From a virus: a stretch of 64,000 nt of DNA. The stretch's first letter is position 1, and each line of letters starts with the position of its first letter. The position numbers were made by a program, and so were the translations under genes. Shown here one piece after another: positions 29,787 through 38,393 of the stretch. The notes below the pieces were generated by a model. It had not been told where the DNA came from. It made no database searches and saw nothing but the letters and a program-made list of their open reading frames with translations. The stretch is taken from positions 46,098 to 110,097 of IMG/VR virus record IMGVR_UViG_3300039191_000589; one strand, 5' to 3'.

Positions 29787-30146
29787 ATGTTTATAGTTAC
29801 AACTTTTGAAAAAATGGATAAAGTTAATTCTCCTTTAAAAAGTGAAAAAAAACAATGGGATCTTGGTAGTATTAGAACTATTGGGATGTTTGAAAAATTT
29901 GAAGATGCTGAGAAAATTGTTAAAAATAATCATTGTGATATTTGTGAAACTATTTATAATTTTGCAATAGTTGAAAAAATTCAAACTAATCAATTATAAC
30001 CTTATTTTATTTTTAGAAAATTATATAAAGTAAAAAATATAATGAAAGAAAAAAATGGTGAAAAATATTATAATCCTGATTTAACATATGAGGAAATTGA
30101 TATTCCTAATGATTTTATTAAATCTTTAATAGCACCAATAGGATAA
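29787..30146 (+). pseudogene. Hypothetical gene with one in-frame TAA (29997-29999)
   Basis: Frame stays open 48 codons beyond the TAA (QL*PYFIFRKLY...APIG). Confidence 0.55.
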
Positions 30147-30222
30147 TAAAAATAGATCTTTATTTATTTTTTTATATTAAATTAATAAAAATTATTGAAA
30201 TAAAATATAGGGGGAAATTAAA

Positions 30223-30456
30223 ATGGGTAAATGTACTTGGTGTAATTGTCCTGATGAAGAACATGATTATTATGTAGAATGTCCTTTAATTGATGGTAAA
30301 TTATTATGTGATGTATGTTGTAAATATAATATTATGGCTGATGATGCTGTTGATTTTGTTAAGGGAGTTACTAATAAAGATATTACTAGAGGAGAAATAA
30401 TTGATACTTGTAGAAATTGTGTAAAGAAAATAAAAGAAGTGACTAAGAATGGTTAA
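30223..30456 (+). CDS. Small Cys-rich protein
   Basis: CTWC, ECP, CDVCC, CRNC. Confidence 0.65.
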   Translation: MGKCTWCNCPDEEHDYYVECPLIDGKLLCDVCCKYNIMADDAVDFVKGVTNKDITRGEIIDTCRNCVKKIKEVTKNG

Positions 30457-30754
30457 TAAATATAATTTTGATGATTTAAATAATATAAATAGTATTAATC
30501 AAAATAATGATTATAATAAAATAAAAGATATTGATATGGAAATATCAGTTGAATTGGGTAAAACTACAATGTCCATTGATAATATACTTAATTTACAAAA
30601 AAAATCAGTAATTGAATTAGATAAACTAATTGGTGATGATGTTGAAATTAAAGCTAATGATAAAATTATAGCTAAAGGTGAAGTAGTAACATTTGATGAT
30701 AAATTTGGAGTAAGAATTACTAAAATTTTAAAGGGTGACTCTTATGTCTACTAG
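30449..30754 (+). CDS. fliN: FliN-like flagellar switch protein (SPOA/FliMN_C domain)
   Basis: DIDMEISVELGKTTMSIDNILNL...VIELDKLIGDDVEIKANDKIIAKGEVV...FGVRITKI. Confidence 0.9.
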   Translation: MVNKYNFDDLNNINSINQNNDYNKIKDIDMEISVELGKTTMSIDNILNLQKKSVIELDKLIGDDVEIKANDKIIAKGEVVTFDDKFGVRITKILKGDSYVY

Positions 30755-31052
30755 TTATATTGATTGTGCTGGAATTCAAGATGCTATTTTAAATATTATT
30801 AAACAATATAAAAGTATTTATGATTTTAATTTTGATATTAATCAAGATTTTATATCAGATACAACTAATATTGAAATTAAATTAAAAATAAGAGAATCAG
30901 AATATACAATGGATGTAATGAATTTAGGTAAGATAAATGAAAGAATATTTTCTAAATTAAAAAATATTTATAAATTTAATATTAAAATAATTATAGATTT
31001 TAAAAAGAAAAATGATTTTAAATATAAAACAGTTATATGGGAGTATCATTAA
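30744..31052 (+). CDS. Hypothetical protein
   Basis: RBS AAGGGTG then ATG 30744. Confidence 0.6.
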   Translation: MSTSYIDCAGIQDAILNIIKQYKSIYDFNFDINQDFISDTTNIEIKLKIRESEYTMDVMNLGKINERIFSKLKNIYKFNIKIIIDFKKKNDFKYKTVIWEYH

Positions 31053-31066
31053 GATACTCTTTTTTT
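31041..31066 (+). terminator. Intrinsic terminator
   Basis: GAGTATC / GATACTC + T7. Confidence 0.65.
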
Positions 31067-31150
31067 ATTTAAATGTTAAAAAAAATATTTGCTATATTTA
31101 TAATATTATATAGATAAAACTAATAAACCAATAGGAGGATCAAATAATAT

Positions 31151-31435
31151 ATGTTTGCAAATGTAAATAAATATTATCCTAAATTTGATGATTATGAAAT
31201 TAATTTTAATAAAGTAAAAGAAGAAATAGATAAGCATTTTGAAAGGCACGATGATTGTGATGATATAGTTATTATTAATCAATTAGATTATATGATTAGT
31301 ATTAAAGATAATGGTAAAGTAATATTCTTTTATGAGGATAATGTTGAATATGATATAATTAAAGAAAATGTTTTAAAAATTAAAAAATGTTTTACAAAAT
31401 ATAATTCTGAATTTAATTACAAGAAAAACCCATAA
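31151..31435 (+). CDS. Hypothetical protein
   Basis: RBS AGGAGG. Confidence 0.65.
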   Translation: MFANVNKYYPKFDDYEINFNKVKEEIDKHFERHDDCDDIVIINQLDYMISIKDNGKVIFFYEDNVEYDIIKENVLKIKKCFTKYNSEFNYKKNP

Positions 31436-31450
31436 GGAGGAATTTAATTA

Positions 31451-31684
31451 ATGACAAAAAAATTTAAAGATATGAAGAATAATAAAACAACGATTGAAAT
31501 TGAAATTAAAATTGAAGGTGATCCAATAACAGTAGCTTTTGAAAAAGATCCAAATAAAAAATTTATTAAAATTAATTTTTTAGAAGCATTAGAAGATATA
31601 GTTGATACTAAAATGCTAGAAAAATCACAAATAATAAAAAATAACCAACAATTAAAAATTACTTATGATAGAAAATATTGTTAA
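31451..31684 (+). CDS. Hypothetical protein
   Basis: RBS AAGGAGG. Confidence 0.65.
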   Translation: MTKKFKDMKNNKTTIEIEIKIEGDPITVAFEKDPNKKFIKINFLEALEDIVDTKMLEKSQIIKNNQQLKITYDRKYC

Positions 31685-31702
31685 CTAAAGAGGAGGATTA
31701 TA

Positions 31703-32578
31703 ATGAAGATTCAAAGTTTATCAATTGATGTTCCAGCATCTTGTCCAAATGATTGTCGTTTTTGTGTTGCACATATGCATCGTGAAGATTATATAAATCA
31801 CATTGAAGATAATCATAGATTTAGACATCTTTATAAAGATGACTATAAAAAAAGATTATTATTTGCTAAAGATAATGGATGTAATACTATTGTTCTCACA
31901 GGTAATGGAGAGCCTTTAGCAAATCGTAATTTTCTTCAAAATTTTGCTGAATGGAATTCTAATTTACCTGACCCTTTTTATTGGATAGAATTACAAACAT
32001 CAGGTGTTTTATTAGATGATGAATATTTAAGATTTTTAAGAAATGAAATAGGGGTTAGTACTATTAGTTTATCTTTATCAAGCATTTTTAATAGTGATAA
32101 AAACGCAGAATATAATCAAACACCACAAAAATTAAAAGTTGATATTGATGAAATATGTAGTGAAATTAAAAGGTATGATTTTAATTTAAGGCTTTCACTA
32201 AATATGACTGATGTATATAATAACGTTCCTGTTAAAGAAATTTTTAATAGAGCTAAAGAATTAAAAGCTGATCAAATTACTTTTCGAGAATTATATATAT
32301 CTAATAAAAATAGTAATTGCAAACAAAATAAATGGATAAAAAAACATCGTTGTAATCCTGAAAAAATTGTTGAAATTGAAAAGTATATTGAAGATAATGG
32401 TATTGAATTACAAATTCTTCCTTTTGGTGCTATTAAATATTCTGTTCATAATATATCTACTGTATTAGATATTGATTGTATGTCAACTCAAGTAAAAGAT
32501 GTGGTAAAATATTTAATATTAAGACCTAATGGTAAATTATATAGTTCTTGGGCAGATAAAGGTAGTTTAATTTTTTAA
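31703..32578 (+). CDS. Radical SAM protein
   Basis: CPNDCRFC (CxxxCxxC), LTGNGEPL, ELQTSG. Confidence 0.9.
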   Translation: MKIQSLSIDVPASCPNDCRFCVAHMHREDYINHIEDNHRFRHLYKDDYKKRLLFAKDNGCNTIVLTGNGEPLANRNFLQNFAEWNSNLPDPFYWIELQTSGVLLDDEYLRFLRNEIGVSTISLSLSSIFNSDKNAEYNQTPQKLKVDIDEICSEIKRYDFNLRLSLNMTDVYNNVPVKEIFNRAKELKADQITFRELYISNKNSNCKQNKWIKKHRCNPEKIVEIEKYIEDNGIELQILPFGAIKYSVHNISTVLDIDCMSTQVKDVVKYLILRPNGKLYSSWADKGSLIF

Positions 32579-32596
32579 TAAAAAGGAGAGAAAAAA

Positions 32597-33370
32597 ATGA
32601 TAGAAAGAATAGATAGTGGAGATATTGATGATGGAGGGGTTAAAGAAAATGACTTAGATAAAGAAATTATAAAAAATGATCATATTAATATTAATGCTAA
32701 TATTGATATAGATAAAATTAATATACCTAAAGGATTATATTTGGAAAATGTTTCAATAATAAAATATGGTTTTGCTTCAGCAATAGATGGTTATTCTTAT
32801 ATTTCAAATAGATATTTACCATACCCTTTAGAAGTAAGTAAAATACATTTTGCTGTGGAACCGAAAAATAATTGTCGAAATGTAAGGGTTTATGATAATC
32901 TTAATTTATTTAATAATTTAAGGGAAACTTTTAATGGATTTGATTATAGTAATATGATAACTTCTCAACCTAATAATCCTAATGCTACAGTTGGAATAGA
33001 TAATAAATTAAATAATTTCTCATTACCAAATGAAAGTGATACATATAATATAGTAATTTCAATTTATAATTCAAATGGTGAAATTGTAACTTCGGTAGGA
33101 ACTATAGTTGATCATAGTTATAATAATTTAAAAAATAGAAAGTATACAATAGATATTTCACCTCTAATATTAATGCCTGATATTTATTATTTTTTAATAA
33201 ATATAACTGATAAAAGTTTTAAACTTGTATGTTCAAAGGATAAAAAATTAGATTTATTACCTAATACAGGTGTTTATCCTACTGTTGATTTAAATGTTCC
33301 TAATCAATTAGATTTCACTTTAATAGAAGATTTTTATGTAAAACAACCTTGGATATTATTAACTAATTAG
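32597..33370 (+). CDS. Putative virion fibre-type protein
   Basis: N-terminal repeat IKNDHININANIDIDKINI resembles N-termini of 47095, 53694, 61074. Confidence 0.55.
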   Translation: MIERIDSGDIDDGGVKENDLDKEIIKNDHININANIDIDKINIPKGLYLENVSIIKYGFASAIDGYSYISNRYLPYPLEVSKIHFAVEPKNNCRNVRVYDNLNLFNNLRETFNGFDYSNMITSQPNNPNATVGIDNKLNNFSLPNESDTYNIVISIYNSNGEIVTSVGTIVDHSYNNLKNRKYTIDISPLILMPDIYYFLINITDKSFKLVCSKDKKLDLLPNTGVYPTVDLNVPNQLDFTLIEDFYVKQPWILLTN

Positions 33371-33381
33371 AAGGTGATAAA

Positions 33382-33735
33382 ATGGATGATAATCAAATTA
33401 AAAAACAATTAAAAGAAAATAATCAGTTATTAGAAAAATTATTACAAAAACAAGATACTTTATTAAAAACTTTAAATAATCAACAAAGTATTATTACTAA
33501 TATGGGAAATATTATTGATAGACAGTCTCAGTTATTAAATCAAATGCATAGACAATCACAACAAAATTCTAAAAAAATATCTGATATGGAAATTATGAAT
33601 AGTAATATAAGTAATACTATCAATGATTTAAATCAATTTAATAATACTTTTCAAAGACAATTACAAGTTATTGAGCAAAAAATTGATAATATAAAAATTT
33701 ATAAAGTACCAGAAGGACAACAACAATATTTTTAA
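33382..33735 (+). CDS. Q/N-rich coiled-coil protein
   Basis: Heptad pattern; RBS AAGGTG. Confidence 0.65.
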   Translation: MDDNQIKKQLKENNQLLEKLLQKQDTLLKTLNNQQSIITNMGNIIDRQSQLLNQMHRQSQQNSKKISDMEIMNSNISNTINDLNQFNNTFQRQLQVIEQKIDNIKIYKVPEGQQQYF

Positions 33736-33752
33736 GATAAGGAGGAAAAATA

Positions 33753-34421
33753 ATGGCAGGGTGGGGAGAATTAATTTTTGGATCAATGTATAGTGGTAAA
33801 TCTGAGGAATTAATTAGAAGATTAAAAAGAGCTCAATATGGTGGTCAACAATATAAATTATTTAAACCAGAATTAGATAATAGATATAGTAATAATAAAG
33901 TTGTTACTCATGAAAATAATGATATTACACAAAATGTAAATGATGTTTTAGAATCACATTTAGATAGTAAAGTAAAGAAACATTTAGTACAAAGAATAAC
34001 TGAAAATTTATCAGGATCATTAGTAGCACATTCAGTAAAAAATGCTGAGGAAATTTTAGATTTAACTAGGGATAATATTGATGTTGTTGGCATAGATGAA
34101 GTTCAATTTTTTGATGAAGATTTAATTAAAGTAATTGATAAACTAATAAAAAAAGATATTAGAGTAATTATGGCTGGATTAGATTTATACTCTTCTGAAG
34201 AACCTTTTGGTATTGTTCCTAAATTAGCTTGTAAAACAAAATATGTTGATAAATTACATGCTGTATGTGTTGATTGTGGAGAAAATGCTTACATTTCTCA
34301 TAAAATTGATAATAATAATGATAATAAAAAATCTAATATAGATGTGGGAAGTACTGGAAAATATATTCCATTATGTAAAACATGTAGAGAAAAGAGATTA
34401 AAAAATGAAAAGACTACTTAA
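33753..34421 (+). CDS. tdk: Thymidine kinase
   Basis: GSMYSGKSEELIRR, FKP, GIDEVQFF, AGLD, CVDC...CKTC. Confidence 0.95.
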   Translation: MAGWGELIFGSMYSGKSEELIRRLKRAQYGGQQYKLFKPELDNRYSNNKVVTHENNDITQNVNDVLESHLDSKVKKHLVQRITENLSGSLVAHSVKNAEEILDLTRDNIDVVGIDEVQFFDEDLIKVIDKLIKKDIRVIMAGLDLYSSEEPFGIVPKLACKTKYVDKLHAVCVDCGENAYISHKIDNNNDNKKSNIDVGSTGKYIPLCKTCREKRLKNEKTT

Positions 34422-34893
34422 AAATTGTTCAACAAAATGGTATCATTTAACTAATAATTCTAATTTTAACCCTTCACAATCATATAATAATAACCAACAA
34501 GAATTTGGTTCAGGATTATATATTACTCCTGAACATGATGTAAAAACATGGGATAATTTATTAAATAGAGAATGGGCATTTCCAATAGATATTTCTCAAT
34601 TAAATATTATTAATGAAAGTGATTTTCCTTCAAAACATAAAATGGTTAATGACATATTAGATTCAGGATATACTAAAAAAGATGTAAAAAATATGCAACC
34701 TAGTAATACTTTTAATAGAGATCCAATGGATATTGCTACTAAAAGATTATGGGCCCAAATAAATGGATATGATGCTGTAAAACCTTTTTTAGATAAACAA
34801 GAAGGAGAACAAATAGTAATCTTTAATTTATCTAAAATATCTATTGATGACCCTTTAAAAACTGATGAAGTTAGAAAAAATATTAAGGAGTGA
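34405..34893 (+). CDS. ADP-ribosyltransferase-fold protein with MKRLLK N-terminus
   Basis: WYHLT...F, FGSGLYIT, GYDAV, EQIVIFN strand pattern of H-Y-E ARTs. Confidence 0.6.
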   Translation: MKRLLKNCSTKWYHLTNNSNFNPSQSYNNNQQEFGSGLYITPEHDVKTWDNLLNREWAFPIDISQLNIINESDFPSKHKMVNDILDSGYTKKDVKNMQPSNTFNRDPMDIATKRLWAQINGYDAVKPFLDKQEGEQIVIFNLSKISIDDPLKTDEVRKNIKE

Positions 34894-34897
34894 TTAA

Positions 34898-35293
34898 ATG
34901 AATATTGGTTTTATAGGTTATAGTGCAAGTAAATTTGATAGTGATAAAGCTTATAAAATTATTAGAAATATTTTTAAAAATAAAATTGACCCTTTAGATA
35001 AGGATATAAAAATAGTTTCAGGAGCTACGAATTTAGGAATTCCTAAAATAGTATATGAAATTGCAGATAAAAAAAATTATTATACTATTGGAATAATGTG
35101 TTCTAAGGGGTTTAATTATGAAATGTTTGATGTTAATAAATTATATGTCGAAGGTAATGAATGGGGAGAAGAAAGTGAATTATTTTTAGATACCATCGAT
35201 ATTCTTTTTAAAGTTGGTGGCGGAGAACAATCTAAAAAAGAATTAAATAAAGCTAAAAAAAGAGGAATTAAAACATTTGAATATGATTTATAA
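34898..35293 (+). CDS. SLOG-superfamily (LOG/DprA-like) protein
   Basis: IGFIGYS, IVSGATNLGIP, TIGI, VGGGEQSKKE. Confidence 0.65.
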   Translation: MNIGFIGYSASKFDSDKAYKIIRNIFKNKIDPLDKDIKIVSGATNLGIPKIVYEIADKKNYYTIGIMCSKGFNYEMFDVNKLYVEGNEWGEESELFLDTIDILFKVGGGEQSKKELNKAKKRGIKTFEYDL

Positions 35294-35318
35294 TAACCAC
35301 ATTTGTGGTTATTTTTTT
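35292..35318 (+). terminator. Intrinsic terminator
   Basis: AATAACCAC / GTGGTTATT + T run. Confidence 0.8.
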
Positions 35319-35337
35319 ATTTTTTATTAAAAAAATA

Positions 35338-35366
35338 TTTACAAAATAAAATTTACATGATATAAT
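35338..35366 (+). promoter_or_regulatory. SigA-type (early) promoter
   Basis: TTTACA-17 bp-TATAAT with extended TG; same architecture as 24372. Confidence 0.8.
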
Positions 35367-35396
35367 ATTATTGTAACATAAAAAGGAGGAGATAAT

Positions 35397-35852
35397 ATGA
35401 AATTTGATGATTTAATTAATAATGTTATTGAATATCCTAACGAAGAATTATTAAATGGAATTGAAAATAATACTATGTATCGTTATGTATCAAATTTCTT
35501 TGTTAATGGAATAATTAATTATGTAGATATTTATTATGCAATTACTATTAAAAGGTATGTAGGTGGGTGTAAATTAAATTTTGATACTACCATAACTAAT
35601 GAATTGGACCAACAAGGAAGATACCATACTGAATATAATAAATTATCAGATGATGTTTTAGTTTTAGCAGGAACTGAAAATGAATTGTGGATGTTTTGGT
35701 CAGATCGTGATGTAAGTGATTGTAAAATTTTTAGGACTAATAAAGATATTACAAAAGAACAATTTAAGAAATTATTTATTAATTGGATTAAAGAAAAAGG
35801 CTATGATCATTATTATGAATTACCCATTCCAAATGGATGGTGTAAAATATAA
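35397..35852 (+). CDS. Hypothetical protein (monocistronic, probably early)
   Basis: Own promoter, RBS AGGAGG and terminator. Confidence 0.75.
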   Translation: MKFDDLINNVIEYPNEELLNGIENNTMYRYVSNFFVNGIINYVDIYYAITIKRYVGGCKLNFDTTITNELDQQGRYHTEYNKLSDDVLVLAGTENELWMFWSDRDVSDCKIFRTNKDITKEQFKKLFINWIKEKGYDHYYELPIPNGWCKI

Positions 35853-35890
35853 TATATAATAATAAGGTATAAACTATAAAATAACCATTT

Positions 35891-35921
35891 AAGATCACCC
35901 AATAAAGGGTGGTCTTTTTTT
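35891..35921 (+). terminator. Intrinsic terminator
   Basis: AAGATCACCC / GGGTGGTCTT + T run. Confidence 0.8.
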
Positions 35922-36040
35922 ATTATAGGGAGGTTATTTAAAAAAAATTTAAATTTTAGTAATAAATTAGTAATAATTAAGAAACAATCGAATAGATATA
36001 TACTAAATAAGGTAAAAAAATGAAAAGAGGTGTTAAAAAA

Positions 36041-36355
36041 GTGTTTTGTGAAGATTGTTTGGTTAATGTTATTATTCCTAAGTTAAAAGATAATGATTTG
36101 CTTATCATGGAATACTTATACAATCATGGAATTACACTTCCCCAAACAAGTAAAATGCAAGATGAAATCATTGAAGAAACTGGATTATCAAATTTTAAAG
36201 GATGGAAAGCTGTATATAGTTTAAGATGTTATAATTTAGTTAAAAAAATTCAAAAAGGCCGTGCAAATTATTATTACCTAACAAAAGATGGTAAAAGAGC
36301 ATTGAGCATTTTTTCTGAGCAAATTGCTAATGAGCATGCTGAACAAGAGGTTTAA
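36041..36355 (+). CDS. Winged-helix DNA-binding protein (TubR-like position)
   Basis: EIIEETGLS...AVYSL...LV...GRANYYYLTKDGK wHTH pattern; GTG 36041 follows RBS AGAGGTG. Confidence 0.75.
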   Translation: MFCEDCLVNVIIPKLKDNDLLIMEYLYNHGITLPQTSKMQDEIIEETGLSNFKGWKAVYSLRCYNLVKKIQKGRANYYYLTKDGKRALSIFSEQIANEHAEQEV

Positions 36356-36393
36356 TAATTTATTTTAATAAATCATTTAAGGAGGAAGATAAT

Positions 36394-37590
36394 ATGCTTA
36401 AATTTGGAATGTTGTGCTTAGGTCAAGGTGGAGGAAATATTGGTGAATATGCTTATACGAAGAACTTTGAGGTGGTAGTAGCTAATACTGCTAAAGTGGA
36501 TTTAAAACAGTTAAAGTATATTCCTGAAAATGATCGTATTCATTTAGGTGGACATGGTGCTGGTAGAGATAGACAAGTTGGTGTTGATGCTTTTATTGAA
36601 AATGCTGAAGAAATTTATGAAAAATGCCTTAATAAGTTTGAAGATTGTGATGCTGTATTTGCCGTTGGAACTGGTGGAGGTGGTACTGGATCAGGAGCAT
36701 TACCTGCAGCACTTGAAATGTTATCTAGTACATTTAAATATGTAGGCTGTATAATTGGATTACCAGCTAAAAATGAAGCACCTAGGGCCCAAATGAACAC
36801 TGTAGAATGCTTTTCAGAATTATCTCAATTAAATGAATTAGGATCAGTATTTATTGTAGATAATGAGGAAACAAAAAAGATGAACCCTAATACTTCACGG
36901 AGAGATATTTATCGACTTACTAATCGCCGACTTATAGATTGTCTTAACGAACTTAATCAATTAACGGATAAAATGTCTTATGTTGACAATTTTGATGCTA
37001 ATGATTTATTAAGTATTATTCAAGAACGTGGCTATACTCATATCACTAAAACTAGTTATTATCCTACCAATAGTGAAAATAAATATAATATTTCTGAGAA
37101 AATTAGAAAAAGTTGGGAAAAAAGCTATCAACCTAAATTTGATCTTAGCACTGTTGTAAAAGGAGCTTTAATTGGGATAATCCCTGAAGAAATATCTATT
37201 GAAGTTGAAAGTGATTTAATCTTTAAGGATAATGGTCTCCCTTATGATTTCAAAGATATATATTTTCGTCCTAATCCTAATGAATTAGAAAAAAAGGCTG
37301 GCAAATCTAAAAATACCTTTTATACTTTATTGTCTGGATTAAAGTTTCCTCAGTCTAGATTGGATCAAATTAAAAATGATATTAATAAGGTTGAAGATAA
37401 GTTAGTTAATAATTATAAAAATTCAGTAAACCAAAAAATTAAAAGTCAAAGTTATAATAGTAAATTTTCCCAAAGTGGATCCCCAATGTCTCATAAATTA
37501 AACAATTTAAGATCAAATAATAATAATGATGATGGAAAAAAGAAAAAAATGAACGTAATGGATCAACTATCAAAATATCGTGAAAAATAA
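36394..37590 (+). CDS. Tubulin/FtsZ-family GTPase (TubZ/RepX-like)
   Basis: LGQGGGNI, GAGRD, GGGTGSG signature, IVDN, T7-like NFDANDL. Confidence 0.92.
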   Translation: MLKFGMLCLGQGGGNIGEYAYTKNFEVVVANTAKVDLKQLKYIPENDRIHLGGHGAGRDRQVGVDAFIENAEEIYEKCLNKFEDCDAVFAVGTGGGGTGSGALPAALEMLSSTFKYVGCIIGLPAKNEAPRAQMNTVECFSELSQLNELGSVFIVDNEETKKMNPNTSRRDIYRLTNRRLIDCLNELNQLTDKMSYVDNFDANDLLSIIQERGYTHITKTSYYPTNSENKYNISEKIRKSWEKSYQPKFDLSTVVKGALIGIIPEEISIEVESDLIFKDNGLPYDFKDIYFRPNPNELEKKAGKSKNTFYTLLSGLKFPQSRLDQIKNDINKVEDKLVNNYKNSVNQKIKSQSYNSKFSQSGSPMSHKLNNLRSNNNNDDGKKKKMNVMDQLSKYREK

Positions 37591-37623
37591 AGTAGAAAAG
37601 GGGGTATAATCCCCCTTTTTACT
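37591..37623 (+). terminator. Intrinsic terminator after tubulin gene
   Basis: AGTAGAAAAGGGGG / CCCCCTTTTTACT. Confidence 0.75.
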
Positions 37624-37674
37624 TAATAAGTATTAAATAAATATTGGCTAAAAATTAACAACGGAGGTTGTATT

Positions 37675-38091
37675 ATGAATCAGAAAAAAATAATTATAAT
37701 TTTATTATTATTGTGTTTATTTGTAAATTGTTCAATTGCATTAGGTAATAATGGAAATAATAAAAAAACTAATAATAAACAACAATCTAAAATCAGTATT
37801 CCTGATTCTGTTCCAGATGAATATATTGATGAATATATTAGACAGTCTAAAGCCCTTAGAAAAGCAATTGATTATCTTGATTTTATTGTTGAGTTAATTC
37901 GTTTAGCTGCCGCTGCTTATTTAGGACTACATGTAACAATTATAGGTTATCAAATTTACCGTTTAGATAATGGAATAGAACATTCTAAACAAAATTTTAA
38001 AAAAGCTGCTTATGGCTTATTCTTTGTATTTTGGGGCCAAGCATTGGCAAATTGGTTTATGGCAAAATTATTTGATATACTTTTTGGATAG
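37675..38091 (+). CDS. VirB2/TrbC-like pilin candidate
   Basis: Signal peptide then two hydrophobic helices flanking KQNFKKAAYG; context. Confidence 0.55.
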   Translation: MNQKKIIIILLLLCLFVNCSIALGNNGNNKKTNNKQQSKISIPDSVPDEYIDEYIRQSKALRKAIDYLDFIVELIRLAAAAYLGLHVTIIGYQIYRLDNGIEHSKQNFKKAAYGLFFVFWGQALANWFMAKLFDILFG

Positions 38092-38103
38092 GAGGCGGCA
38101 GTA

Positions 38104-38256
38104 ATGCTTAACAATTGGGATGAGTTATTATATGAAATCTCAACTATTCTTTTTGGATTATGTTGTGGGCTAATGGGGTTTGTTGTAACTTATTATTTAT
38201 TAGGTTGGATAGGTGATTTTATCATAAAAGTAATTTTAAGGGGGTTACTAACATGA
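38104..38256 (+). CDS. 50-aa membrane peptide (not in track)
   Basis: RBS GGAGG; MLNNWDELLYEISTILFGLCCGLMGFVVTYYLLGWIGDFIIKVILRGLLT. Confidence 0.65.
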   Translation: MLNNWDELLYEISTILFGLCCGLMGFVVTYYLLGWIGDFIIKVILRGLLT

Positions 38257-38378
38257 TTTTTAATATTTTAAGAATTACTTTCTCTTTTACAGTGGGAGTT
38301 TATTGTTTTCAATTTGCAATTAAAAAATTTCATAATTTTTTTAGAAGTAATAGGGATGAACACTATAAAATTTATTAA
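38253..38378 (+). CDS. 41-aa hydrophobic peptide (not in track)
   Basis: ATGA overlap with previous ORF, RBS AAGGGGG; MIFNILRITFSFTVGVYCFQFAIKKFHNFFRSNRDEHYKIY. Confidence 0.55.
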   Translation: MIFNILRITFSFTVGVYCFQFAIKKFHNFFRSNRDEHYKIY

Positions 38379-38393
38379 AGAGAGGGGTTAAAT

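Noticed and set aside
36394-37590. Host cell-division ftsZ or a PhuZ/phage-nucleus system
   Set aside because: No ftsA/dcw context and no FtsZ C-terminal core peptide; no recognisable chimallin gene; wHTH neighbour fits TubZ/RepX type better
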